Below are positions 8,553 to 17,543 of a stretch of 64,000 nucleotides of DNA, one piece after another. Numbering within the stretch: position 1 is the stretch's first letter; every line of letters starts with the position of its first letter. The notes under the pieces were generated by a model. The model was not told the origin of the DNA. It did no database searches and saw only the letters and a program-made list of their open reading frames with translations. The stretch is from assembly GCA_016199625.1 (NCBI GenBank), contig JACQGI010000013.1:654-64653 (forward strand). The letters run 5' to 3'. The stretch comes from Acidobacteriota bacterium. GTDB taxonomy: Bacteria > Acidobacteriota > Vicinamibacteria > Fen-336. Position numbers and translations under genes: made by a program.

Positions 8553-10054
8553 GGCGTGAACTCCCGTCCTACGTCGAGAGTCCCCGTGACCCGCAGGAGA
8601 CGGATGCGGGTCACCTGGTAGTCGTTCAGCAGGCCGATGAGGGCCGTACGGGCGGCCACCAGGCTCCCCTCGGCGTCGACGACGTCGAAGTTGGACGCCA
8701 GCCCACGCTGGTAGCGGAGCGTTGCCAGGCGGTGCTGTTGCCCGGCGAACTCGACGCTCTTGCGCTGGAGATCGATGCTCTTGCGGATCCGGTCCATGTT
8801 GCGGAGCGCCGCGCGGACCTCGGCCTCGACCGCGTACGTGCGCTGGGTGAGCGTGCGCTCGCGCGCGCGCAGATCGATCTCGGCGAGGGCCTTGGCCATC
8901 CGATCCTGCGAGCGCTCGAGGGGGTACGACGTGCTGAAGAACACGTTCACGCGGCGGTCGGCCTTGAGGCTGTCGGAGAACGTGGGGCCACTGCCGAACT
9001 GCGTCACGCCCACGTTGAGGTCGAGCTGGGGCAGGAGGTTCTGGCGGGCCACCGACAGGTTGCGCCGGGCATCCGCCACCTGGTCCCGGGTCTCCCGGAG
9101 ATCGAGACGGTTCGCGAGGGCGCGCTCCACGAGGATCTCGAGCGGGTCGATCCCCGCCGCGACCTCGTCGGGCCCCGGCAGCTCCACGGCTTCGGGCTCG
9201 ACGGGCTCGGTGGGCGCGAGGCCGAGGAGCACGCGGAAGTTCTCGAGGGCGGTCTCCAGGTTGGCCTCCGCCGAGACCGCCGCGTCCCGGGCCTGGGACG
9301 CCTGGATCTCGGCTCGGAGCACGTCGAGCTTGCTCGCGAGGCCCACCTGCACCCGCGCCTCCGATGCCTCCTTCAAGTCTTGGCCGCGCTCGTGGCTCTG
9401 TCGGGACACGGAGAGGAGCTGCCGCTGGCGTACGACGTCGTAGAAGCGCTCGGCCACCTCCACCGCGAGGGCCTGGCGTGCCAGCTCGAAGGTGCGCTCC
9501 TGGTTCTCCCGTCCCCGCCGGCTCTCGGTCAGGCCGAGGTGGGTGACGGTGGGTCCGAACCCGCGCAGCAGCGGCTGCGTGAGCGTGAGCCGGAGGTCCG
9601 CCGAGCGACTCGCCGGGCCGCCGCCGTCCGGCATCGACCGGAAGTTGCTGGTGAAGCTGAGGGAGCCCCCGGTGAAGGGGAGCCGCTGGCTGGCGTCGAG
9701 GCCCAGGGTCTGGTCGTCTTCGGTCGAGCGGAGGTACCGCGGGGTCAGGCGCGGATGAAACTGCGCCCTGGCGTTGGATTCGCGGAGGCGGGCGGAGGTC
9801 ACGCTGTCCGCGCCTCCCAGCAGCGCGAAGTTGCCCTCGAGGGCGAGGGCGACGGCCTGGGCGAGGCTGACCGTGGGGGCCCCGGGTGTCGGGCCGACGA
9901 TCTCCTCCCCGAGCTCCACGGCGCCCGGCGCCTCCGGCCCGAGGGTCGGATCCTGGGGCAGGTCCGGGACGGAAACCTCCTGCCCGCTGGCGAGACCGAC
10001 CGTGAGGAGCCCGAGGACGCCCATGGCCCACACCACCGCGTGACGCGCTTCCAC
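8549..10054 (-). CDS. TolC-family outer-membrane efflux protein
   Basis: 501-aa ORF with a signal-like N-terminus. It has the two-repeat OEP architecture (LSLAQAVALALEGNFALL...; repeated 'VTSARLR'/'VADARRNL' helices). Confidence 0.85.
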   Translation of the reverse strand: MEARHAVVWAMGVLGLLTVGLASGQEVSVPDLPQDPTLGPEAPGAVELGEEIVGPTPGAPTVSLAQAVALALEGNFALLGGADSVTSARLRESNARAQFHPRLTPRYLRSTEDDQTLGLDASQRLPFTGGSLSFTSNFRSMPDGGGPASRSADLRLTLTQPLLRGFGPTVTHLGLTESRRGRENQERTFELARQALAVEVAERFYDVVRQRQLLSVSRQSHERGQDLKEASEARVQVGLASKLDVLRAEIQASQARDAAVSAEANLETALENFRVLLGLAPTEPVEPEAVELPGPDEVAAGIDPLEILVERALANRLDLRETRDQVADARRNLSVARQNLLPQLDLNVGVTQFGSGPTFSDSLKADRRVNVFFSTSYPLERSQDRMAKALAEIDLRARERTLTQRTYAVEAEVRAALRNMDRIRKSIDLQRKSVEFAGQQHRLATLRYQRGLASNFDVVDAEGSLVAARTALIGLLNDYQVTRIRLLRVTGTLDVGREFTP

Positions 10055-10065
10055 GTAAACGTCAG

Positions 10066-10093
10066 ATTATCCGTCTCATCGCGGGGGCGTCAA
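10066..10093 (-). promoter_or_regulatory. candidate sigma70 promoter for the tolC-macAB operon
   Basis: On the minus strand: TTGACG (10093..10088), 16-nt spacer, GATAAT (10071..10066). The -10 element ends 11 nt before the GTG at 10054. Confidence 0.4.
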
Positions 10094-10106
10094 ACCCGTC
10101 AAACCC
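10089..10106. repeat. perfect 9-bp tandem direct repeat GTCAAACCC x2
   Basis: Read directly: GTCAAACCC at 10089-10097 and again at 10098-10106, in the divergent tolC/ZIP intergenic region. On the minus strand it supplies two TTGAC motifs. Confidence 0.9.
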
Positions 10107-10114
10107 CGCGAGCC

Positions 10115-10143
10115 TTGAAACACCCCCGACCCGATGCTATCGT
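10115..10143 (+). promoter_or_regulatory. candidate sigma70 promoter for the ZIP transporter gene
   Basis: TTGAAA (10115-10120), 17-nt spacer, TATCGT (10138-10143). It ends 12 nt before the ATG at 10156, and no SD is visible. Confidence 0.35.
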
Positions 10144-10155
10144 CGCCGACCGCCC

Positions 10156-10899
10156 ATGCGACTCTCCCCCCTGGCCTTGAGCCTCCTCCTGGGCACGGCC
10201 GCCGCGGCCGCCAACGTCCTGGGCGGGATCGTGGTCGTGGTCCGGCGGGAGTGGAACGAGATCCTCCTCAAGTACTTCCTGGCCGTCGGGGCCGGGTTCA
10301 TGCTCGCCGCCACGTTCCTCCGGATGCTGCCGGAGTCCATGGCCCTCACGCCCCAGGCGCCGCTCCTCATCCTGGCCGGGTACTTCCTCGTCCACTTCTT
10401 CGAGCACACCGTGGCGCCGCACTTCCATTTCGGCGAGGAGGTCCACGACGACGTGATGGTCAACCCCGCCGTCGGCTTCTCCGCCCTCGTCGGGCTCTCC
10501 ATCCACACGTTCTTCGACGGCGTGTCCATCGCCTCGGGATTCCTCGTCTCGGCGCCCCTCGGCCTCCTGATCTTCTTTGCCGTGGCCCTCCACAAGATCC
10601 CCGAGGGCTTCACCGTGGCCTCGATCGCACTCGCGTCGGGGTGGGGCAAGCGCGGCGCCCTCGGGGCCGCCTTCATCCTCGCGGCCGCCACACTCGCCGG
10701 CGTCCTGGTCATGCACCGCTTCGCGGGGGGCGTCGCCTACGGGCTCCCACTGTCCACAGGGGTCACGCTCTACGTGGCGGCCAGCGATCTCATGCCCGAG
10801 GTGAACGAGGAGCGCGGGATCCGCATGGCCTTCGTCGTCTTTCTGGGCGTGGCGCTGTTCTACGCCGCCGAGACCGCCCTTGCGGCTCTCAGAATCTGA
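10156..10899 (+). CDS. ZIP-family divalent metal (Zn/Fe) transporter
   Basis: 247 aa and polytopic, with the ZIP hallmarks HTFFDGVSIASG and ALHKIPEGFTVAS. Confidence 0.85.
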   Translation: MRLSPLALSLLLGTAAAAANVLGGIVVVVRREWNEILLKYFLAVGAGFMLAATFLRMLPESMALTPQAPLLILAGYFLVHFFEHTVAPHFHFGEEVHDDVMVNPAVGFSALVGLSIHTFFDGVSIASGFLVSAPLGLLIFFAVALHKIPEGFTVASIALASGWGKRGALGAAFILAAATLAGVLVMHRFAGGVAYGLPLSTGVTLYVAASDLMPEVNEERGIRMAFVVFLGVALFYAAETALAALRI

Positions 10900-10936
10900 T
10901 AGGCTGCCCCTCCGTCACCGAGGAAGGTCCAATCCC

Positions 10937-12673
10937 ATGAACACGCGCACCGCCGCACTGCTCTTGCTCCTCGCCGCGCCCGCGACGGCCGCCGAGCGGC
11001 CGAGGATCGAGGTCGAGGAGCTCACGCTCCCCAACGGGATGCGCTGGCTGCTCTTCGAGCGCCACGAGTCCCCGACCGTCGCCGCAGGCTGGGTCGCCCA
11101 CGTGGGCTCGGTCAACGAGCGGCCGGGCATCACCGGCATCAGCCACCTCTTCGAGCACATGATGTTCAAAGGGACCCGGGTCGTCGGCACCAGGGACATC
11201 GCGACCGACCTGCGCATCATCGAGGAGCAGGAGGCCGTGCGCGAGGAGATGCGGGGGGAGATGGCGCGCATGCGGGAGGCGCTGCGGCGCGGCGAGATCG
11301 ACGACCTGGCGGAGCCCGAGAGCCGGACGCCCCGGTACCGTGAGCTCGAGCGCACCTTCGAGGAGCTCGCGACGCGGCAGCGCGAGACCATCGTCAAGGA
11401 CCACCTCGACCAGATCTACACGAAGAACGGCGGCGAGCGGCTGAACGCCGGCACGAGCGAGGACTGGACCATCTACTTCGTCCAGGTGCCGTCCAACCGG
11501 CTCGAGCTCTGGGCGTGGCTCGAGTCCGACCGGCTCGTGAACCCGGTCTTCCGCGAGTTCTACAGCGAGCGTGACGTGGTCTACGAGGAACGCCGCCTGA
11601 GGACCGAGTCGACGCCCCTCGGCAAGTACGACGAGGCCTATAACGCCCTCTTCTGGGAGGCCAGTCCCTATGGCTGTCCTGTGGTTGGCTGGCCCTCGGA
11701 CCTGCCCTCGATCACCAAGGCCCAGGCCGACGAGTACTTCGGCCTCTACTACGCCCCCGGGAACCTGACCGGCGTTCTCGTCGGCGACTTCAAGGCCGCC
11801 GAGGTCAAGCCCCTCCTCGAGCGCTACTTCGCCCGCGTGCCCCCTGGGCGGTCTACGGCCCCCGAGATGGTGACCCAGGAGCCCCGCCAGCTCGGAGAGA
11901 AGCGCTACAGCGCCGAGGCCGAGACGTCGCCCACGGTGAGGATCTGGTACCACGGCGTGCCCTTCGTCCACAAGGACGCGGCGGCCCTGGATCTGCTCTC
12001 AGACGTCCTCTCGGGCCGCACGGGACGCCTGTACAAGGGCCTCGTCCTCGGGCGGCAGGTCGCCAACGAGGCCACGGCCTCCGTGGACCTCCGGAAGTAC
12101 GACGGGGTCTTCCAGATCGAGAGCGTGGTGAAGGACGGGAAGGACCCGGCGGCCGTCGAGGCCGCCACCGACGAGGAGATCGCGCGGCTCCAGGACGAGC
12201 CGGTGCCGCCCGAGGAGCTGCAGAAGGTCAAGAACCAGTACAAGGCCAACAGCTACCGTCGTCTGTCTTCGCCCTTCTTCATCATGGTGCAGCTCCTCGT
12301 CTACGACGGCCTCGGGGACTGGCGCTACATCAACACGTCGCCCGACGCGGCCGACGCCGTCACCCCCGCCGACGTCCAGCGGGTCGCCCGGACGTACCTC
12401 AGGCGGGAGAATCGAACGGTCGGTGTTTTCCTCCGGAAGCAGGGCGCGCCACCCGAGGATCCCGAGCTCCAGGCACTCGCTCCCCAGGCCCAGGGCGTAG
12501 CCCGCCAGGCCCTGGCCCAGATCGGCGGCCTCGACGCCGAGAGGCTCCGCGAAGCCATCGCCCAGATCCAGCAGGCCGCGGGACAGGCGCCCGCCGAGAT
12601 CAAGCCGGCCCTCGACTACGTCCTCAAGAAGGCCCAGGAGCGGCTCGCCGCCCTCACGGACGGGAAGAACTGA
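10937..12673 (+). CDS. M16 (pitrilysin/insulinase) zinc peptidase, catalytic subunit
   Basis: ORF 10880..12673 trimmed to the ATG at 10937 (RBS GAGGAAGG; signal MNTRTAALLLLLAAPATAAE). It carries the inverted zincin motif HLFEH (HxxEH) and NAGTSEDWTIYF. Confidence 0.85.
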   Translation: MNTRTAALLLLLAAPATAAERPRIEVEELTLPNGMRWLLFERHESPTVAAGWVAHVGSVNERPGITGISHLFEHMMFKGTRVVGTRDIATDLRIIEEQEAVREEMRGEMARMREALRRGEIDDLAEPESRTPRYRELERTFEELATRQRETIVKDHLDQIYTKNGGERLNAGTSEDWTIYFVQVPSNRLELWAWLESDRLVNPVFREFYSERDVVYEERRLRTESTPLGKYDEAYNALFWEASPYGCPVVGWPSDLPSITKAQADEYFGLYYAPGNLTGVLVGDFKAAEVKPLLERYFARVPPGRSTAPEMVTQEPRQLGEKRYSAEAETSPTVRIWYHGVPFVHKDAAALDLLSDVLSGRTGRLYKGLVLGRQVANEATASVDLRKYDGVFQIESVVKDGKDPAAVEAATDEEIARLQDEPVPPEELQKVKNQYKANSYRRLSSPFFIMVQLLVYDGLGDWRYINTSPDAADAVTPADVQRVARTYLRRENRTVGVFLRKQGAPPEDPELQALAPQAQGVARQALAQIGGLDAERLREAIAQIQQAAGQAPAEIKPALDYVLKKAQERLAALTDGKN

Positions 12674-12675
12674 CC

Positions 12676-14145
12676 ATGAGAACGATGCCCCTCGCCCTCG
12701 CCCTCTCCCTCGCCGCGTCCGCGACGCCCTGGGCCCAGGAGATCCCCGACCATCCCGAGAAGCTGGTCTTCCGGCCGATCGCCTTCGCCCCGCCCTCGCC
12801 CAGGGGCCACCGGGTCGTCCTCCGGAACGGGATGGTGGTCTTCGTCGCCGAAGATCGCGCACTGCCCCTCGTCAACGTCTCCCTCACGCTGCGTGTCGGA
12901 TCCTACCTCGATCCCGTGGGCAAGGAGGGGCTCGCCAGCGTCACCGGACTGCAGATCCGTCGCGGGGGGACCAAGCGCCTCACCGCCGAGCAGTTCGACG
13001 AAAGGCTGGACTTCCTCGCGGCCCAGGTCGGGACCGGGATCTCCGACACGGCGGGCTCGGCCAGCCTGAACTGCCTGACCGACAACCTCGACGAGTCCCT
13101 GGCCCTCTTCGCCGAGATGCTGCGGGAGCCGCGTTTCCAGGAAGACCGCCTGGCCCTCGCCAAGGACCAGGCCCTCCAGGAGATGAAGAAGCGCAACGAC
13201 GACTCAGGGGACATCGAGTCCCGCGAGTGGAACGTGCTGCTCCACGGCGCGGACCACTTCACCAACCGCTTCACCACCGAGGCCTCGGTCAAGTCCATCG
13301 TGCGTGAGGACCTCGCGGCCTTCCACGCCAAATGGGTCCACCCGGGGAACATGGTCGCGGCGGTCTCGGGCTCGTTCTCGCGGGCCGAGATCCTCCGCAA
13401 GCTCGAGGTCGCTTTCGCCCGTTGGCCGACCCCGCGGCCCGTGGTGCCCCCCGTGCCGACGACGATCGCCCCGGCCGAGCCAGGGGTCTACCGCATCCAG
13501 AAGGAGGTGAACCAGGGCCGCGTCTCCCTGGGGCTCCCCACGGTCAAGCGCGACAGCCCCGACATCTACCCCCTCGAGGTCATGAACGAGATCCTGGGGG
13601 GAAGCGGGTTCACGTCGTGGATCACCCGCACCGTCCGGTCGAACGAGGGGCTGGCCTACTCCGCCGGCTCCAGCCTGTCCGTCGGCGTCTACTACCCCGG
13701 CCGCTTCCGGGCCGGCTTCCAGTCCAAGAGCCGGACCGTGCCCTACGCGACGGGGCTCGTCCTTTCCGAGATCCGCAAGATCCGCGAAACGACGGTCCCC
13801 GACGAAGACCTCGAGACCATCAAGAAGAGCCTCGTGGAGACCTTCCCGAGCAACTTCGCCTCGAAGGCGCAGACCATGGCGATCTTCGCCTCGGACGAAT
13901 TCACCGCCCGCGATCCCCAGTACTGGGCGACCTACCGGGACCGCATCCGGGCCGTCACGGCCGCCGACGTGCAGCGAGTCGCGAGGACGTACCTCGTGCC
14001 CGAGCGGATGATCGTCCTCGTGGTGGGCGACCAGAAGGAGATCGACCTCGGCGACGGGAAGCACGACGCCACGCTGGCCCGGCTCGCCCCGGGCGGCAAG
14101 GTCACGACGCTCCCGCTCCGGGACCCGATGACGATGAGGCGGTAG
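12676..14145 (+). CDS. M16 peptidase family protein, non-catalytic partner
   Basis: 489 aa with a signal peptide and the M16 fold, but no HxxEH motif. It starts 2 nt after the preceding M16 gene. Confidence 0.85.
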   Translation: MRTMPLALALSLAASATPWAQEIPDHPEKLVFRPIAFAPPSPRGHRVVLRNGMVVFVAEDRALPLVNVSLTLRVGSYLDPVGKEGLASVTGLQIRRGGTKRLTAEQFDERLDFLAAQVGTGISDTAGSASLNCLTDNLDESLALFAEMLREPRFQEDRLALAKDQALQEMKKRNDDSGDIESREWNVLLHGADHFTNRFTTEASVKSIVREDLAAFHAKWVHPGNMVAAVSGSFSRAEILRKLEVAFARWPTPRPVVPPVPTTIAPAEPGVYRIQKEVNQGRVSLGLPTVKRDSPDIYPLEVMNEILGGSGFTSWITRTVRSNEGLAYSAGSSLSVGVYYPGRFRAGFQSKSRTVPYATGLVLSEIRKIRETTVPDEDLETIKKSLVETFPSNFASKAQTMAIFASDEFTARDPQYWATYRDRIRAVTAADVQRVARTYLVPERMIVLVVGDQKEIDLGDGKHDATLARLAPGGKVTTLPLRDPMTMRR

Positions 14146-14199
14146 ACAGGAGGTTGCCGTGCCGGGGGGTTCGGGTGGCTGCGAGGCAGCACCCCCTGC

Positions 14200-14514
14200 T
14201 CACTTGCGAAAAGCGGCGATGAAGTCCTTGAGCAACAGGGGATTGTTGCTCTTGATCTTCCCCATGAGGAAGTCGGTGGCCGAGGGCGTGTACTTCCCGT
14301 TCCAGACGTCCAGGAACATCTGCGTGCTGGCCTTGAAGAAGCAGTCGGCGTCCTGGGAGGGCTTGCCGCGGTTGACCTCGCACTTCTCGGCCGAGAGGGC
14401 CACCGTCCACTTCTCGTCGTCGTCGAGGGAGAAGTAGAAGGTCCTTGCGGTCTTGACGTTGCCCTTCTGGAACATCTTCGGGAGGGTCTCGAAGACCCTG
14501 GTCACGTCGGACAT
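14200..14514 (-). CDS. SCP2 sterol/lipid-binding domain protein
   Basis: 104 aa, MSDVTRVFETLPKMFQKGNVKTARTFYFSL...FLDVWNGKYTPSATDFLMGKIKSNNPLLLKDF. This is the typical SCP2 pattern. Confidence 0.8.
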   Translation of the reverse strand: MSDVTRVFETLPKMFQKGNVKTARTFYFSLDDDEKWTVALSAEKCEVNRGKPSQDADCFFKASTQMFLDVWNGKYTPSATDFLMGKIKSNNPLLLKDFIAAFRK

Positions 14515-14625
14515 GCGCCGCTCCTTTAGCCGCCCCGCGGGGAACTCCCCGCGCCGGGCGAGCGTCTTTCCCTTGCCGGGGCGTCATGCTATCAAGGGCC
14601 CCGGGACGGATCAATCGCGGGAGGA

Positions 14626-15369
14626 ATGATGGAGTTCCACGTCGTGGGCGACGTGATGCAGGCCGTCGTGATTCCCCTGGCTGGCGGGGAGGAGATCCAG
14701 GCCGAGCCGGGCGCGCTGCTCTACATGGCCGGCGGGGTCGAGATGGACAGCAAGATGCAAGGCGGGCTCTGGGGTGGCCTCAAGCGCATGGTCGCCGGGG
14801 AGAGCCTGTTCATGACCCATTTCCGTGCCAACGGAGCCGCCCAGGTGGCCTTTGCGGCGCCGCATCCCGGGAAGGTGAAGCAGCTCGACCTCGCGGGAGG
14901 CCGCACCTGGCTCTGCCAGCGGGACTCCTTCCTCTGCGCCACGGGCGGCATCGAGATCGGGATCGCCTTCACGAAGCGCTTCGGCGCCGGCCTCTTCGGC
15001 GGCGAAGGCTTCATCCTCGAGCGACTCGGAGGTTCCGGGACGGTCTTCATCCACGGCGGCGGCAACTTCGTGGAGTTCGATCTGGTCCCGGGGCAGACCC
15101 TCCGCGTGGACACGGGCTGCATCGTGGCCTTCGAGGAGACGGTCCAGTACGACATCCAGTTCGTCGGGGGCTTCAAGAACGCGCTCTTCGGCGGCGAGGG
15201 GCTCTTCCTGGCGACCCTCACGGGCCCGGGCAAGTGCGTGCTGCAGACGCTGCCCTTCTCGCGCCTCGCGGGTCGGATCCTGGGCCTCACGAAGGAAGGG
15301 ACCGGCGGCGTCGCAGGCGTGGGCGGCACGCTCCGCGACATCGGCAACATCTTCGGCAGAAACGAGTAA
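14626..15369 (+). CDS. AIM24/TIGR00266-family protein
   Basis: 247 aa, with GESLFMTHF..., GGEGFILERLGGSGTVFIHGGG and GGEGLFLATLTGPGKCVLQTLP. RBS GGGAGG. Confidence 0.8.
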   Translation: MMEFHVVGDVMQAVVIPLAGGEEIQAEPGALLYMAGGVEMDSKMQGGLWGGLKRMVAGESLFMTHFRANGAAQVAFAAPHPGKVKQLDLAGGRTWLCQRDSFLCATGGIEIGIAFTKRFGAGLFGGEGFILERLGGSGTVFIHGGGNFVEFDLVPGQTLRVDTGCIVAFEETVQYDIQFVGGFKNALFGGEGLFLATLTGPGKCVLQTLPFSRLAGRILGLTKEGTGGVAGVGGTLRDIGNIFGRNE

Positions 15370-15392
15370 CGGGCTCGCGACGAGAACCCGTG

Positions 15393-15420
15393 CCCTTGGG
15401 GGACGGGGGCCCCCCAAGGG
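15393..15420. terminator. GC-rich hairpin between convergent genes (candidate bidirectional terminator)
   Basis: CCCTTGGGGG (15393-15402) pairs perfectly with CCCCCAAGGG (15411-15420), with an 8-nt loop. It sits between the AIM24 stop (15369) and the atpF stop (15423). There is no U-tract. Confidence 0.5.
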
Positions 15421-15422
15421 GG

Positions 15423-15968
15423 CTATGAGGCCTGCTTCGGCAGCGCCTTGAGGAAATCGTCCACGAGCTTCCGCTGGGCCTCGGGGGTGAGGGACGCGGT
15501 GACGATCTTCGCCGCCGCTTCCATGGCGAGATCGGCGACGTGGCCGCGGAGCTCGCGGATGGCCTGGTTCTTCTCCCGCTCGATCTGCTCCTTGGCCCGC
15601 ACGAGGATCTGCTCGCTTTCGGAACGCGCCGTGGCCGCGAGCTCGGCCTTGAGCTGCTCGGCCTCCTTGAGGGCGCGCTTCATGATCTCGTCGCGCTCCC
15701 GCCCCGCCTCCTTGACGAGCTCCCGGTGCTTGTCGAGGAGTGACTGGGCCTCGGCGTTGGCCTTCTCCGCCCCCTCGACGGCCTCGCGGACGCTCTTCTC
15801 CCGCTCCTCGATCACGTGGAGCAGCGGCTTCCAGCCGAACTTCGCCAGGACGAAGGCGAAGATCGCGAAGAGGACGAGCGTCGCGACGAAGAGCGTGCGG
15901 TCGACGTTGGTGATGCCACCGCCCCCGCCTTCGACAGCGAGCAGGAGCGGCAGCATGGTGAACAGCAT
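15423..15968 (-). CDS. atpF: F0F1 ATP synthase subunit b
   Basis: 181 aa with one N-terminal TM helix, then a long charged coiled coil (EEREKSVREAVEGAEKANAEAQSLL...). It lies directly after atpE. Confidence 0.85.
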   Translation of the reverse strand: MLFTMLPLLLAVEGGGGGITNVDRTLFVATLVLFAIFAFVLAKFGWKPLLHVIEEREKSVREAVEGAEKANAEAQSLLDKHRELVKEAGRERDEIMKRALKEAEQLKAELAATARSESEQILVRAKEQIEREKNQAIRELRGHVADLAMEAAAKIVTASLTPEAQRKLVDDFLKALPKQAS

Positions 15969-15975
15969 CGGAGCG

Positions 15976-16209
15976 CTACTTGATCGCCAAGAGGATCGTC
16001 ACGATCAGGGAGAAGAACGTGACGCCTTCGATGAGACCGGCGGCCACGATCATCGCCCCGCGGATGTCCCCCGCGGCGTTGGGCTGGCGCGCGATCCCCT
16101 CCATGGCCGCGGCGGCCAGGCGGCCGATCCCGGCGGCTCCTCCGATGATCGTGAGACCGGCGCCGATGCCGGCAGCAAAGTACGCAATCGCCTTGGGATC
16201 CGTCGGCAT
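15976..16209 (-). CDS. atpE: F0F1 ATP synthase subunit c
   Basis: 77-aa hairpin proteolipid with GIARQP in the loop and the ion-binding Glu in AAGLIEGVTFF. Confidence 0.9.
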   Translation of the reverse strand: MPTDPKAIAYFAAGIGAGLTIIGGAAGIGRLAAAAMEGIARQPNAAGDIRGAMIVAAGLIEGVTFFSLIVTILLAIK

Positions 16210-16242
16210 GGTCAGCTTCCTTTCCTCCTAGGTCCGTCCTCG

Positions 16243-17166
16243 TCAGTGGGCGGGATGCGCGTACATCCCGATGAAGATGGCGGTGAGCAGCGTGAAGATG
16301 TAGGCCTGGATGAAGGCGACGAGCAGCTCGAGCAGCATGATGAAGAGCGACAGGCCGAGGGACACGGGGATCATCGAGACGCCGAAGAAAGTGCCGATCT
16401 GTGCCATCAACGGAATGAGAAGCAGCAGCGTGGTGATGACCATGTGGCCGGCGAGCATGTTGGCGAACAACCGGATCATGAGAGCGAAGGGCTTGGTGAA
16501 CATGCTCAGGATCTCCACGGGGATCATGATCGGGAGCAGGAAGACCGGAAGCCCGGGCGGGACGAGGTGGGCGAAGTGCTTCACGACGCCGTACTTGGAG
16601 ATCCCCGCGTACTGCTGGGCCAGGAACGAGATCGTGGCGAGCGCCGCGGTCACGGCCAGGTTGCCGGTCGAGGTGGCCGAGAAGGGCGTGAGCCCTAGAA
16701 GGGCGGCCACCAGGATGAAGAAGAAGAAGCTGCACAGCAGCGGCGTGTACTTGTGGCCGTCGTGGCCGATGTTCTTCTCGGCGATGTCGTCGCGGATGAA
16801 GAGGACCAGGGCCTCCACCGCCGAGGCCAGCTTTCCGGGAAGGCGGTTCCTGTAGTTCCTGAGGGCGAGCCGGATCCAGAAAAGCACCAGGAGGCCGGCG
16901 AGAACGAAAAAGGCGAGGTGTTTGGACGGGATGCCGAAGATCCACGGCTGGTCCAGCACGTGGTGCATGAGCACCGCGGAGGGCCCGTGGGCTTCCTCCC
17001 CGTGGGCGCCCGTGGCTTCGTGTCCGCCGACGTCGCCCCCATCCTCGGCAGCGCCGGCGCCGTGGGCCGGGGTCTCAGCCGGCGCCGGCGTCTCGTGGGT
17101 CACGGTCGCCGGGCTCTCCGCCGGAGCCTGCGTCAGGGTCGCCAGGAGGAGGAGCCCTGCGATCAT
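16243..17166 (-). CDS. atpB: F0F1 ATP synthase subunit a, with His/Gly-rich N-terminal extension
   Basis: C-terminal 307 aa of ORF 16243..17481(-). The ATG at 17166 overlaps the atpI stop (ATGA). Conserved LMIRLFANMLAGH (essential Arg) and LELLVAFIQAYIFTLL. Confidence 0.85.
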   Translation of the reverse strand: MIAGLLLLATLTQAPAESPATVTHETPAPAETPAHGAGAAEDGGDVGGHEATGAHGEEAHGPSAVLMHHVLDQPWIFGIPSKHLAFFVLAGLLVLFWIRLALRNYRNRLPGKLASAVEALVLFIRDDIAEKNIGHDGHKYTPLLCSFFFFILVAALLGLTPFSATSTGNLAVTAALATISFLAQQYAGISKYGVVKHFAHLVPPGLPVFLLPIMIPVEILSMFTKPFALMIRLFANMLAGHMVITTLLLLIPLMAQIGTFFGVSMIPVSLGLSLFIMLLELLVAFIQAYIFTLLTAIFIGMYAHPAH

Positions 17167-17543
17167 CGAAGCTGCACCCGTGGGCTGGTCTGCTTCTGGA
17201 GGACGGCCAGCTCGACGACCAGGAACAGGACGAAGTACGCCAGGAGGGACACGGCGAGAGGCACCTTGGGCAATTCGAGGGCCAGGATGCCGGCCACGAC
17301 GGCGGTCAGCATGAGCCCCATGCGGCCGACCATGCCTCCGAGGACGGCGCCCAGGAACGCGCCCGTCGAGCGGCCCACGGACCACCGGACGAGGAAGTGC
17401 GCCAGGAGCGTGTTCGCCGCCGCCAGGACCGCTCCAAAGAGCACGGCGCCCCGGCGACGATCGTCGCCGAGGAGCGGCCATACGACGGCCAGAGATCCGC
17501 CCACGATTCCCAGCACGACGAGCGCATACCTTCCGAGATTCAC
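17163..17543 (-). CDS. atpI: ATP synthase protein I-like membrane protein
   Basis: 126 aa with four hydrophobic segments. It sits immediately upstream of atpB and is GTGA-coupled to the preceding small ORF. Confidence 0.7.
   Translation of the reverse strand: MNLGRYALVVLGIVGGSLAVVWPLLGDDRRRGAVLFGAVLAAANTLLAHFLVRWSVGRSTGAFLGAVLGGMVGRMGLMLTAVVAGILALELPKVPLAVSLLAYFVLFLVVELAVLQKQTSPRVQLR

Noticed and set aside
14200-14514. A lower-GC patch at the SCP2 gene as a sign of horizontal transfer.
   Set aside because: The drop is modest and is explained by the Lys/Phe/Asn-rich protein composition. There are no flanking repeats, integrase or tRNA.
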